Positions 1 through 8,865 of a stretch of DNA of 64,000 nucleotides are shown one piece after another. This stretch comes from Candidatus Poribacteria bacterium (GTDB lineage: Bacteria; Poribacteria; WGA-4E; WGA-3G). The first letter of the stretch is position 1. Each line of letters opens with the position of its first letter. The notes beneath the pieces are model-generated. The model was not told where the DNA came from. It worked only from the letters and a program-made list of their open reading frames with translations, and made no database searches. The translations under genes were made by a program, and so were the position numbers. The DNA lies in contig CBDANF010000003.1 of assembly GCA_965197475.1 (NCBI GenBank), positions 2,048,001 through 2,112,000 on the forward strand, written 5' to 3'.

Positions 1-940
1 CAGGAGTTTCATAACGCCAGGGTCTAAAGTTTAGTCGGAAGTTGTGTAAACCACAACAAGTTTCCATAACTAAATCACAAAACCCTTTCTTCCAATTCCT
101 GAGTTTATCTTTGACAATGCGGCATCTTTTGACACCACTAATCGCATGTTCAACGCGTATGCGTATAGACGCTATCTTTCTATTGTTTTCTTTTTCTTCA
201 TTCGTCCGTTCTCTACCTCTCGGTTTTTTCTTCGGTTGAATGATGTTTATATCCGGGAGGGTGAAACCCTGAAAACCGGTATCTTGGGACAATGTGCTAC
301 CCTGTGGCACACAATAGCCCACCATATCGGCTATGTGTTTGTCATGGTGTCTTCCTTCAAAAGAAGGTGTCAATAGGACGACTTTGCAGGCCTCATTGAT
401 AATCAGATTATTTTTCACTGTATGGCATTTCTTTTTACCACTATAATACGCCTTTTGAGTTGACGGGTCTTTTGGGCGTCGTATAGGGCGTTCGGTGCTA
501 TCATGAAAAAAATGTTCTCCTTCTTGATTTTGAGTTGATACTTTTGATGGAGCACATATAGGTGCGGGGTCTGTTTCCCGAGATGGCAACTCTCCAAGTT
601 CTGCTAATGCTTTGTTCAATATTGATAAAAGCAAGTGTATCCATTTATTAGCAAGAGGTTGAGACATACCAAAGAGCGCACCCAATAGAACTTGTTTCGG
701 AGCATCACGCAGGTAAATCAAGATAAATAGCAACATATCTTCATGGCAAGCAAAACGACTATTTTTATAGGGTTTATATCTCCGATTTTTGCGTGGTTTG
801 CCATCAAGGGTATGTGTTCGCATATATTCTAAAAAACAACAAGAAAAATGAGGTAATAGTTCTGTAAACTCTTCTAATGTATATCCGGTGAGGGACAGGA
901 GCGTATCAGGTTTGTCCCTTAGTTCTTGAAAACTTATCAT
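1..940 (-). mobile_element. IS5-like (DDE_Tnp_4 type) transposase, ORF open to the left window edge
   Basis: Manual translation from ATG 940 (RBS AGGAGG): MISFQELRDKPDTLLSLTG...FFHDSTERPIRRP...YYSGKKKCHTVK...SQDTGFQG...RIRVEHAISGVKR...CGLHNFRL. It shows a DDE triad and no stop inside the window, so it is absent from the ORF track. Confidence 0.88.
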
Positions 941-1024
941 GAGTTAGCCTCCTATTGTCCGATTGTAATAAGTATAATAGAGACTAACCAAACGGACAAC
1001 TAATTAGTTATAATGTCTAATGTA

Positions 1025-1042
1025 TAGCAAGAAACGTGCCAA
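1025..1042 (-). promoter_or_regulatory. sigma54-type -24/-12 promoter pointing into the transposase
   Basis: Minus strand TTGGCACGTTTCTTGCTA, which is GG-N10-GC and matches TGGCACG-N4-TTGC. Confidence 0.6.
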
Positions 1043-1109
1043 TTTTTTAAGGTGTTCAATTTAGTGTCAGCAGGATGCAAATTCGCGTGTTTGAACTCAA
1101 GAATTTGTC

Positions 1110-1138
1110 TTGATTTATGTTGTAGATATTGGTATAAT
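1110..1138 (+). promoter_or_regulatory. sigma70-type promoter for the nadD operon
   Basis: TTGATT-N17-TATAAT with TG extended -10. Confidence 0.6.
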
Positions 1139-1273
1139 TAAAGACCAAGAAAATATAGTTTCATTCCGAATCTATGTGTTCCTGTGCGCTCATTCGGGAC
1201 ACACTTCAGTTAACAATTGTGAAGAACGATTTATATTATATGTCTTGTCGGTTAGCGAGCGAAAAAGAAGCAG

Positions 1274-1858
1274 ATGAAAATCGCTATCATGGGGGGCACT
1301 TTTAATCCTATTCATTACGCGCATTTGCTGAGTGCCGAGCAGGTGCGTGAGGGGTTAGGCTACGACAAAATCCTGTTTGTTCCCGCTGCGCGGCCTCCAC
1401 ATAAATCACAACCGGACATGGTTTCTGCTGAACATAGGTATCAGATGGTACTGCTGGCAACAGCAGACAATCCGTATTTTGAGGTGTCTCGGATTGAATT
1501 GGATCGCGCCGGTCCCTCATACACAATTCAAACGATCAAAACATTGCGGCACCTTTATGGGAAAACGACAGAACTTGCATGGATTATCGGCGCGGATTCG
1601 TTAATCGAGTATAAGATTTGGAAAAATTTTGACGAAGTGTTGGAGCAGTGTACTATGATTGTTACGACACGTCCCAATTACGATTTGGAGCGTGTTCCGT
1701 CGGATGTTCGCAGCCGTGTTACAACGTTGCGGATAAACGAGTTTGATATGTCGGCAACCGAGATTCGTGAACGCGTTCGGAGCAACTCCTCTATTCGGTA
1801 TCTTGTTCCAGAAGAAGTTGCCGCATATATTAACAAACACCAGTTATACCTACAATAG
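1274..1858 (+). CDS. nadD: nicotinate-nucleotide adenylyltransferase
   Basis: GGTFNPIHYAH (HxGH-like), PPHK, IIGADS and SATEIR motifs. Confidence 0.95.
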   Translation: MKIAIMGGTFNPIHYAHLLSAEQVREGLGYDKILFVPAARPPHKSQPDMVSAEHRYQMVLLATADNPYFEVSRIELDRAGPSYTIQTIKTLRHLYGKTTELAWIIGADSLIEYKIWKNFDEVLEQCTMIVTTRPNYDLERVPSDVRSRVTTLRINEFDMSATEIRERVRSNSSIRYLVPEEVAAYINKHQLYLQ

Positions 1859-1914
1859 ATTAGTAGGACGAAATTCCGCATCCTATAGGTCAAATTAGTT
1901 TGAAAGGAGTTTAT

Positions 1915-2172
1915 ATGAAACTGAAATGTAGTCTCTGCGGAACCGCTTACGAATTTATTTATGAAAAAGGTGTTCCTTTACCCTCGAATTTTCCGTTTTG
2001 CAGTAAAAGGTGTAAGTCTATTGATTTAGGAAAATGGCTCAACGAGGAATATCGTATCAGCACACCGTTGCAGGAAACAGAAAAATTAACAGAATTAGAA
2101 CGTCAAATCCTTACTGAATTGCAGGAAGAAACACTTGGGATGCTGCATGGAGATGATGTGGATTCTGAATAG
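1915..2172 (+). CDS. yacG: DNA gyrase inhibitor YacG
   Basis: CxxC...FPFCSKRCKSIDLGKW signature; ATG 1915 follows AGGAG. Confidence 0.9.
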   Translation: MKLKCSLCGTAYEFIYEKGVPLPSNFPFCSKRCKSIDLGKWLNEEYRISTPLQETEKLTELERQILTELQEETLGMLHGDDVDSE

Positions 2173-2245
2173 GCTGATGACACCTGATTTGACACATTTC
2201 TGTTGATTTTACCTATAGATTTGCAGTTCATAGAAGAAGAGAAAC

Positions 2246-2899
2246 ATGCCGTCAAGTAAGTCATTTTCAGTAAACGAGAAATCAGAATCATCGTTTCCTA
2301 TATTAACAAAACTTAGGGATCACCCAAAATCAAAAGAAATTCTGCGTTACCTTTCGGAAAAACTTGCTCCGGAACGCTATGATCACGTTCTGTCAGTTCA
2401 AGATACAGCAGTAGTTTTAGCTCAATGTCATAATGCGAATGTTTGGAAGACCAATTTAGCCGCTTTGTTACATGACGTTGTAAAATGGATGTGTGACGAT
2501 CAGTTGTACGATGCGATAGCACGTTACGGAATTGAACTTGACCCGATTGAAAAGATAATGCCTGGGTTATTACACGCGATTGTTGGCGTAAAGTACGCTA
2601 TTGAGTTATTCAATGTTACCGATCTGGAGATTCTTGAAGCGATCCGTACCCATACAACCGGCAGCACATCAATGGGGTTAACGGCGAAGTTGATATATGT
2701 CGCAGATTTTGCGGAGCCCACACGAGAATACAAAGAAGCTGCGGAAGTAAGAGAATTGGCGCAGACCGACTTGGATCAGGCAGTCCATAACGTCGCCCTT
2801 CATAAAATTGATTTTCTTCTTCAAAAAGGGTGGATAATTCATCCGAATACCATCCACACCTACAATAGTAGGTTGGTGAAGAATGTGAAAAGTTTCTGA
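2246..2899 (+). CDS. yqeK: HD-domain Ap4A hydrolase YqeK
   Basis: RYDHVLSV, ALLHD, HTTG and YVADFAEP motifs; lies between nadD and rsfS. Confidence 0.88.
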   Translation: MPSSKSFSVNEKSESSFPILTKLRDHPKSKEILRYLSEKLAPERYDHVLSVQDTAVVLAQCHNANVWKTNLAALLHDVVKWMCDDQLYDAIARYGIELDPIEKIMPGLLHAIVGVKYAIELFNVTDLEILEAIRTHTTGSTSMGLTAKLIYVADFAEPTREYKEAAEVRELAQTDLDQAVHNVALHKIDFLLQKGWIIHPNTIHTYNSRLVKNVKSF

Positions 2900-3122
2900 C
2901 ATATTAACTGTAAAGATGGAGATTAGGTTTAACTGTGTTTATGAAGGCTACATAAGTGAGAAACGACAAATGTCGTCAGTGCATTGACGTTGATTTGGCA
3001 ATGAATTGCGCCAGATTAACGCTGATGTTTCAACTGAGTTCTTGCAACAATAAATAAATCACCGATAGCACATACCTTGCAACGCAATTGATGAAATCCC
3101 TCATTTGATTAGGAGACTATCT

Positions 3123-3572
3123 ATGGCAACAAATAATACATTAGAAATAGTAAAAGCAGCTGCATCTGCAGCGGTGAGTCACCGCGCACAGAATCCTGTG
3201 ATTCTTGACCTACGCGAGTTGGATTGTTTTACCGACTATTTCGCGATTTTCAGTGGTATCTCCGATATACAAGTTGAAGGTATTTCAGAAGCGATATTAG
3301 AAGAACTTGAAGAAAACTGGGAACAGCGACCTTGGCATCGGGAAGGAGATAAAAGAGCGGATTGGATTTTGTTAGACTATGTTGATTTTGTCGTTCACAT
3401 CTTTTTAGAGGAGAAACGTGCTTACTATAGTTTGGAACGTTTATGGGCGGAAGCTCCACACATTGAACTTCCAGAGATTGAAAGGATTCCGTTAATGGAT
3501 AAACCGGAAGAATTTGATGCGGATGAATTGGTGTTAGGACTTGTGTCGGCAGACGAAGCGGATCAATCCTAA
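3123..3572 (+). CDS. rsfS: ribosome silencing factor (Iojap)
   Basis: WILLDYVDFVVHIF...RAYYSLERLW; acidic C-terminal extension. Confidence 0.93.
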   Translation: MATNNTLEIVKAAASAAVSHRAQNPVILDLRELDCFTDYFAIFSGISDIQVEGISEAILEELEENWEQRPWHREGDKRADWILLDYVDFVVHIFLEEKRAYYSLERLWAEAPHIELPEIERIPLMDKPEEFDADELVLGLVSADEADQS

Positions 3573-3632
3573 AGAAGGCGTGTTGTTTGTCACAGGGTTT
3601 CTTGTTCAGTGCGGAAATATATTCGGACGTAA

Positions 3633-4370
3633 TTAATCAACAGAAATGAGGAGGACGGTGACGTTATCTGTACCACCGTAGGCGAGTGCACTACTGATAA
3701 GATTTTCGCTTGCTGTCTCAAGCGTAGGTGCTGAAGAAATGATGTTGCGGGTTTCGGTATCATCGGTAATTAGATCGTGCAAGCCGTCAGTGCAGGCGAG
3801 GATGATGTCACCTGGGGCAAGAGGGCAAACGTCCGTAGTAAGCGAAACCTCCTCGGCTAAACCGATAGCTTGGGTAATGATGTTCCGTTTTGCATGAACA
3901 CGACCTTCTTCAGGAGTGATCTCACCTTTTTCAATCATTTTTTGGACTAACGAATCATCAGTGGTGATCTGTGTAAGAATGTCGTTGTGTAGGACATACA
4001 ATCGGCTATCCCCTACGTGGACGTAAGCCAAATAACTCGGCGTAACAAAGCCTGCGGTGAGGGTTGTCCCCATCCTGTGGTATTGATGAGATTCTTCTCC
4101 CATGGAGTAGACGCGCCGGTTCGCTTCGGCGGCAAGTTTTTCTAAGATATTGAGTCTTTTGATGGGTCCCAAATCGCTTGCAGGATCAGGGGTTTCCATT
4201 GCCCATTCTTCAAAAATTTGAAGGGCAACCCGACTCGCAATATCGCCCCGAGCATGTCCACTCATACCGTCCGCGATCGCAAATAGCCGATTCTTCTCAT
4301 CAAAAAAGTATGAATCTTCGTTTCTTTCGCGAAGAGTACCGATATCTGTCTTGGCTACAAAGTTCATCAT
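3633..4370 (-). CDS. PP2C-family Ser/Thr protein phosphatase
   Basis: RERNED, IADGMSGH, HVGDSR, CTDGL and GGTDNVT motifs. Confidence 0.92.
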   Translation of the reverse strand: MMNFVAKTDIGTLRERNEDSYFFDEKNRLFAIADGMSGHARGDIASRVALQIFEEWAMETPDPASDLGPIKRLNILEKLAAEANRRVYSMGEESHQYHRMGTTLTAGFVTPSYLAYVHVGDSRLYVLHNDILTQITTDDSLVQKMIEKGEITPEEGRVHAKRNIITQAIGLAEEVSLTTDVCPLAPGDIILACTDGLHDLITDDTETRNIISSAPTLETASENLISSALAYGGTDNVTVLLISVD

Positions 4371-4474
4371 AAGATAGCCCTTCTCCTATCTGTTGTAATA
4401 TTGTAACGATGATTAAGTAACTTTGTTTCAATTCAGCACATTTGGACATATTTAATTCATATTGGATAGTATTT

Positions 4475-5614
4475 ATGAGTATGAATATTGAATTGAGTCG
4501 GAAAGTAAGTAGATTATCAGTTTCACCGAAACAGCATTTCTTCGGATATTACGGTATTAATCCATGGGATAAATCAGGTAGATATCATCTTGCCTTGGAA
4601 ACAGATTTTCACACATATCGCCCGACTGCATCCGATGTTGCCACTGTTGGACTCGTTGATCGTGAGACACAAAACTTTATGCCTTTTGCAAATACTTCTG
4701 CTTTCAACCTGCAACAGGGAAGTATGATGCACTGGATAGGTGAGGAATTTACTTTTAACGATTGGGAGGATGGAAGCCTTGTATCGCGTGCGCTGAACCC
4801 CAAAACAAAAGAAAGTCGCACGATTCAAGGTGCGATTTCGGCTGTCTCGCCAACAGCACGTGTTGCAATCGGGTTGAACTATCAACGTATGGCACTTTGT
4901 CGTAGCGTTGTCGGCTATGCCAGTGAACTGGAACCAGATGCCATCAAAGCACAACCAGAAGATGATGGTTTATATCTACTTGATCTTCAAAATGGAACAT
5001 CAAAACTTGTACTTTCAATAGCGGATCTTATTTCAACTGTGAGTGACGAAAAGGTTGTCGGTGGAAGAACATGGTTTAATCATGTCCTTTTCAATACAGA
5101 TGGCACTCGGGTTCTGTTTTTCTGCCGCGTCAGGCACGAAAAGGGCTTTCACTCATCCCTGTGGACGGTGAACCCTGATGGTTCAGATTTAGAAATACAA
5201 ATCCCGTTCGGTTATCGTGTTTCACACTTCGATTGGAAAGACTCGACACAAATTCTGGTTTCTTCCGATATAGTGAACGAGATGGGTTTTGTTGAATTTA
5301 CTGACGGTATGCGCAATTTTTCACCTATCGGGCGGAGTGTTTTGCCGAACGATGGGCACGCTTCCTTTTCCCCGGACCGGCAATGGTTGCTTTGTGATAC
5401 CTACCCGCGCGGTCCTGCTCGTTTAGCAGAACTTATGCTTTACGATATTGCCGAAAACCGAAGAATCGTTCTCGGAGAATTTCATCACGATGAGCAGTTC
5501 AGCGGAGACATTCGATGTGATTTGCATCCGCGTTGGTCATCAGATGGAAAGACAATCACCTTCGATTCTGTTCACGAAGACTCACGACAGATATACTGTA
5601 TTGATCTTACCTAA
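4475..5614 (+). CDS. TolB/oligogalacturonate-lyase-like beta-propeller protein
   Basis: FFGYY, QQGSM, GHASFSPD, DTYP and RCDLHPRWS motifs; start chosen at MSMNIEL (the track extends to 4442). Confidence 0.7.
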   Translation: MSMNIELSRKVSRLSVSPKQHFFGYYGINPWDKSGRYHLALETDFHTYRPTASDVATVGLVDRETQNFMPFANTSAFNLQQGSMMHWIGEEFTFNDWEDGSLVSRALNPKTKESRTIQGAISAVSPTARVAIGLNYQRMALCRSVVGYASELEPDAIKAQPEDDGLYLLDLQNGTSKLVLSIADLISTVSDEKVVGGRTWFNHVLFNTDGTRVLFFCRVRHEKGFHSSLWTVNPDGSDLEIQIPFGYRVSHFDWKDSTQILVSSDIVNEMGFVEFTDGMRNFSPIGRSVLPNDGHASFSPDRQWLLCDTYPRGPARLAELMLYDIAENRRIVLGEFHHDEQFSGDIRCDLHPRWSSDGKTITFDSVHEDSRQIYCIDLT

Positions 5615-5681
5615 AAACATGGAATTTATTCAATCTTACCTATTTGATTAAGTTGGACTCACGTTATATATATTAAGGAAC

Positions 5682-6740
5682 ATGCGAATGTCAGTATCTA
5701 CTTCTATTCTTGATTTACATACTCAGTCTCTCGTGATTGATTCCCATAACGATGCGATTGTGGCACATATCCGTAGAGGTAACGTCAGTCTTGCAGACGA
5801 ATATGCAAAAAACGCTGCTCAGTATAGCGGGACTATCGCCTATCTACGTGGATCGGTGCCGCCTGAAGAGGATGCCATCGGTATCCAACTCAACATTCCG
5901 AAAATGCGTCAGGGTGGAATTGACGTGGCGTTTTTCGCTGTTGATGTTACACGGGCGTGGAAGAATCACCTCTCTTATGCATTAGATGCTTTCGGTTGGT
6001 TTGATGCGGAGGTGGCAGCCAATGCGTCTGACATCTGCATCGTACGGAAAGCAGCAGATATCCAAACAGCCAAAGCTGAAGGGAAACTCGCCGCTGTGCT
6101 TGCCATTGAAAACAGCGAAGGAGTGGAACGAAGTTTGAATATCTTACGTTCCCTTTATTTACTGGGTGTTCGATCGATTGGATTGACGCATAACCCAAAT
6201 ACGTGGGCATCATCAGGAAATGATGAAGGCGAGACCGGTGGGGGTTTGACAAAATTCGGTGTTCAGTTGGTAAAAGAGATGAATAATCTCGGCATGTTGG
6301 TTGATGTATCACACATCAGCGAGCGCGGGTTTTGGGATGTGCTTGATATTTCAAGCGCACCTATCATCGCCTCCCATAGCAACTGTAAGACGTTGTGCAA
6401 TCATTCTCGGAACTTAACCAACGAACAACTTAAAGCGATTGCAGTCAACGGAGGCGTAGTAGGCATAACCTTTGTGCCTGGTTTTATTATAGAAGGCGGT
6501 TGGAAAAAAATGCCCCCCTTCGCACAACTCCTCAATCATATTGAGTATGCGATTGACATTGCGGGTCTTGACCATGTCGGTATCGGTTCAGATTTTGATG
6601 GTGGCGGTGATCTCCTAAAGGATGCGACTGAATTCTCCAGAATTACCGAAGGTTTAAGCGAACGCGGCTATTCTGATGAAGCAATTCAGAAAATTCTCGG
6701 TGGAAATCATCTGCGCGTATTCAAAGCTGCATGTGGCTAA
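5682..6740 (+). CDS. membrane dipeptidase (M19 family)
   Basis: DSHND, LVDVSH, ASHSN and GIGSDFDG motifs. Confidence 0.92.
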   Translation: MRMSVSTSILDLHTQSLVIDSHNDAIVAHIRRGNVSLADEYAKNAAQYSGTIAYLRGSVPPEEDAIGIQLNIPKMRQGGIDVAFFAVDVTRAWKNHLSYALDAFGWFDAEVAANASDICIVRKAADIQTAKAEGKLAAVLAIENSEGVERSLNILRSLYLLGVRSIGLTHNPNTWASSGNDEGETGGGLTKFGVQLVKEMNNLGMLVDVSHISERGFWDVLDISSAPIIASHSNCKTLCNHSRNLTNEQLKAIAVNGGVVGITFVPGFIIEGGWKKMPPFAQLLNHIEYAIDIAGLDHVGIGSDFDGGGDLLKDATEFSRITEGLSERGYSDEAIQKILGGNHLRVFKAACG

Positions 6741-6809
6741 TGCGTAATTTTGTTAGATTTGTGCATTTTACATTCTCTGAAAACACCCTTAATTCTTCAT
6801 GAACTATCT

Positions 6810-6887
6810 AATTGATCCCACTCGGTAGGCGCGCTTTGTAAGCGCGCCTAATAGCCAGAAAAAAGATAAATTCGGTTAATTTAGTAT
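6810..6887. repeat. REP-containing MITE-like element, inverted copy of 15975-16065
   Basis: GTAGGCGCGCTTTGTAAGCGCGCC hairpin; the reverse complement aligns with 15975-16052 over about 75 bp. Confidence 0.75.
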
Positions 6888-6917
6888 AAAAGAAAGAATT
6901 TTGTGGAAAAGTAGTGT

Positions 6918-8852
6918 CTATTCCACCAATTCTGCAAGGCGCGTTAGATGCCAATTTGGATCTTCTAACGCTTCATAAACCACGCCGCCTTCAACATTCG
7001 CAGGCATCGGAAATCCTAATAGATAACATAGTGTAGGTGCGACATCTACCACGCGCACCTGCCGTTCCAAGGCGACATCCGCTTTGACACCCGCCCCAGA
7101 AAGAATAAACGTGGAGTGCTGACCACCGATGCCGAAACTTACCGATGGCAACTGCTTGCCGTGTGCACCATCAAACTCCGGACGCAGCGCGTAAACAACG
7201 TCACCGACAAGATCACCATGAAGGTTTAACATCTCCGCATCCGCCCGTGTTACCGCCAATGAAAACGGATGCCGTCCGGTTTCCGGATCGCGGTATGCAT
7301 GCAAAGCATTGATAATCTCTTGTTGTGTCCCTTCATAATCCTCCGATGGAACGATGCCGTTCGGTTCACGTCCCGCAAGGTTGATGAAGATATGTACCAA
7401 ACCGACGTTGACTGCTCGCGTCTTCGTCCAATCTACCGCACCGTTTTCCTTCCTGACAATGAAGCCTATCTCTTCTAAAACCTTTTCAATATCTACAGCA
7501 CGAAATTGATTCGGTGTGCCGCCGTGGTCCGCACAGATAAGGACAACCGTCTCCTCATCCGCAAGTCCTGCAACCTGTCCAATCATCCGATCTACAGATT
7601 CATAAGTACGGCGCAATCCCTCCCGGCACCGGTGGATCGTCTCCGGTGGTGCACCGCTAATTTCATCCGCTTGACTGAGGAAGAAGTGGCTCGCGTAGTC
7701 CGGCGCATGTGTTTCCACCATGAGAACATCCCATTCATTTTCCGAAGCAAGATGTGTGGCAACATCTGCCAAACGTTGGTGGTGGTAGTCTAACAGCTCA
7801 AAATAGGTATCATCATCCACCTGTCCGAGTGCGTCGCGAGCTGGATTTTGAAGGAACGAACCGACGTTTTGGTCAATTGAAGTCGCAATCTCCGAAGGCA
7901 CCGTGTAACCGCTTTGAGGCCAAATCTGTGGCACAAAGAGTTCAAAGGCATCAACCGTTGGCGTGAGCGTAATGAGTTTCATGCGGACATATCCGTCAAC
8001 TTCCGCATTATCAATTTCAAACGTATCAAGCCACCATTCGCTCCACTCACCAACACCGAGGTCTGCGACAATGTCATCTGAAGAACGGCTTTGACACACC
8101 CGTATTCGGTCATATCCGCCTTGATTGGAAGCATAAATTAGTCCATAGAAAAATTTGGGAATGCCGGTTTTGCCTCTGTTCATATTCTCTCTACCGCGCG
8201 CCAAAGGTTGAATAGTGAGTTCTACCTCTTGAATAGGTTTGTTGGAGTCAGGTAATACCCCTTCCCATTCGCTTGTGTCGACCGGCTTGATAGTCACTGG
8301 ATCAATGTGTTTAATTTTCTGTAATGCGCTTGGGTCTAACGTCTCAGGATCGCGTTGTCCACCAATTGGACGAGCTGCCCATCTTCCTGCGACAAATAAG
8401 TGGTAGCCTGCAATTTGATGATGATTTGAAACACCAGGTCCGGTTCCCTCCACCTGAATTCCTGTTTTTACTGTGGGAGGCCAAGACATTTCCCATTTCA
8501 CCAGAATCGGTTTTCCACCCGCACGTTCCACAAGATTCCAAAGATATTCAGATTGGCACAACCCAGTATTGATGCCCCACACCGTCCTATTGAGTTCTTT
8601 CCCGACTGCACGAATGTTAAAATCCATGACTTGATGTGTGCCTGGCCACGAACCGGTAGAAAGAGCTGTCCATCCTGGTGGTGTTAACGTAGGAAATACA
8701 CCGATCATTGCCCGATGTACGCCTGTGTTGCGTAGTCTCGCCATATTCGGGGTGTGTCCCCACGCAATCATGTTATTGACAAGTTCCATGCTTGCACCAT
8801 CCATACCGATAATGATGGCGCGCCTTGCTGGCGAAAGTTTCGTTCGCTTCAC
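6918..8852 (-). CDS. alkaline phosphatase superfamily phosphodiesterase / nucleotide pyrophosphatase
   Basis: IIGMDGA, PTLTPPGW (Thr nucleophile region) and ADHG motifs; GTG 8852 follows AAGGAG. Confidence 0.85.
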   Translation of the reverse strand: MKRTKLSPARRAIIIGMDGASMELVNNMIAWGHTPNMARLRNTGVHRAMIGVFPTLTPPGWTALSTGSWPGTHQVMDFNIRAVGKELNRTVWGINTGLCQSEYLWNLVERAGGKPILVKWEMSWPPTVKTGIQVEGTGPGVSNHHQIAGYHLFVAGRWAARPIGGQRDPETLDPSALQKIKHIDPVTIKPVDTSEWEGVLPDSNKPIQEVELTIQPLARGRENMNRGKTGIPKFFYGLIYASNQGGYDRIRVCQSRSSDDIVADLGVGEWSEWWLDTFEIDNAEVDGYVRMKLITLTPTVDAFELFVPQIWPQSGYTVPSEIATSIDQNVGSFLQNPARDALGQVDDDTYFELLDYHHQRLADVATHLASENEWDVLMVETHAPDYASHFFLSQADEISGAPPETIHRCREGLRRTYESVDRMIGQVAGLADEETVVLICADHGGTPNQFRAVDIEKVLEEIGFIVRKENGAVDWTKTRAVNVGLVHIFINLAGREPNGIVPSEDYEGTQQEIINALHAYRDPETGRHPFSLAVTRADAEMLNLHGDLVGDVVYALRPEFDGAHGKQLPSVSFGIGGQHSTFILSGAGVKADVALERQVRVVDVAPTLCYLLGFPMPANVEGGVVYEALEDPNWHLTRLAELVE

Positions 8853-8865
8853 AATAAAACTCCTT

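Noticed and set aside
42-597. Short track ORFs at the window start
   Set aside because: They are shadows of the minus-strand transposase ORF 940..<1.
2982-3028. Hairpin upstream of rsfS as an ncRNA
   Set aside because: A single stem whose loop matches the REP core GCAATGAATTGC; insufficient support.
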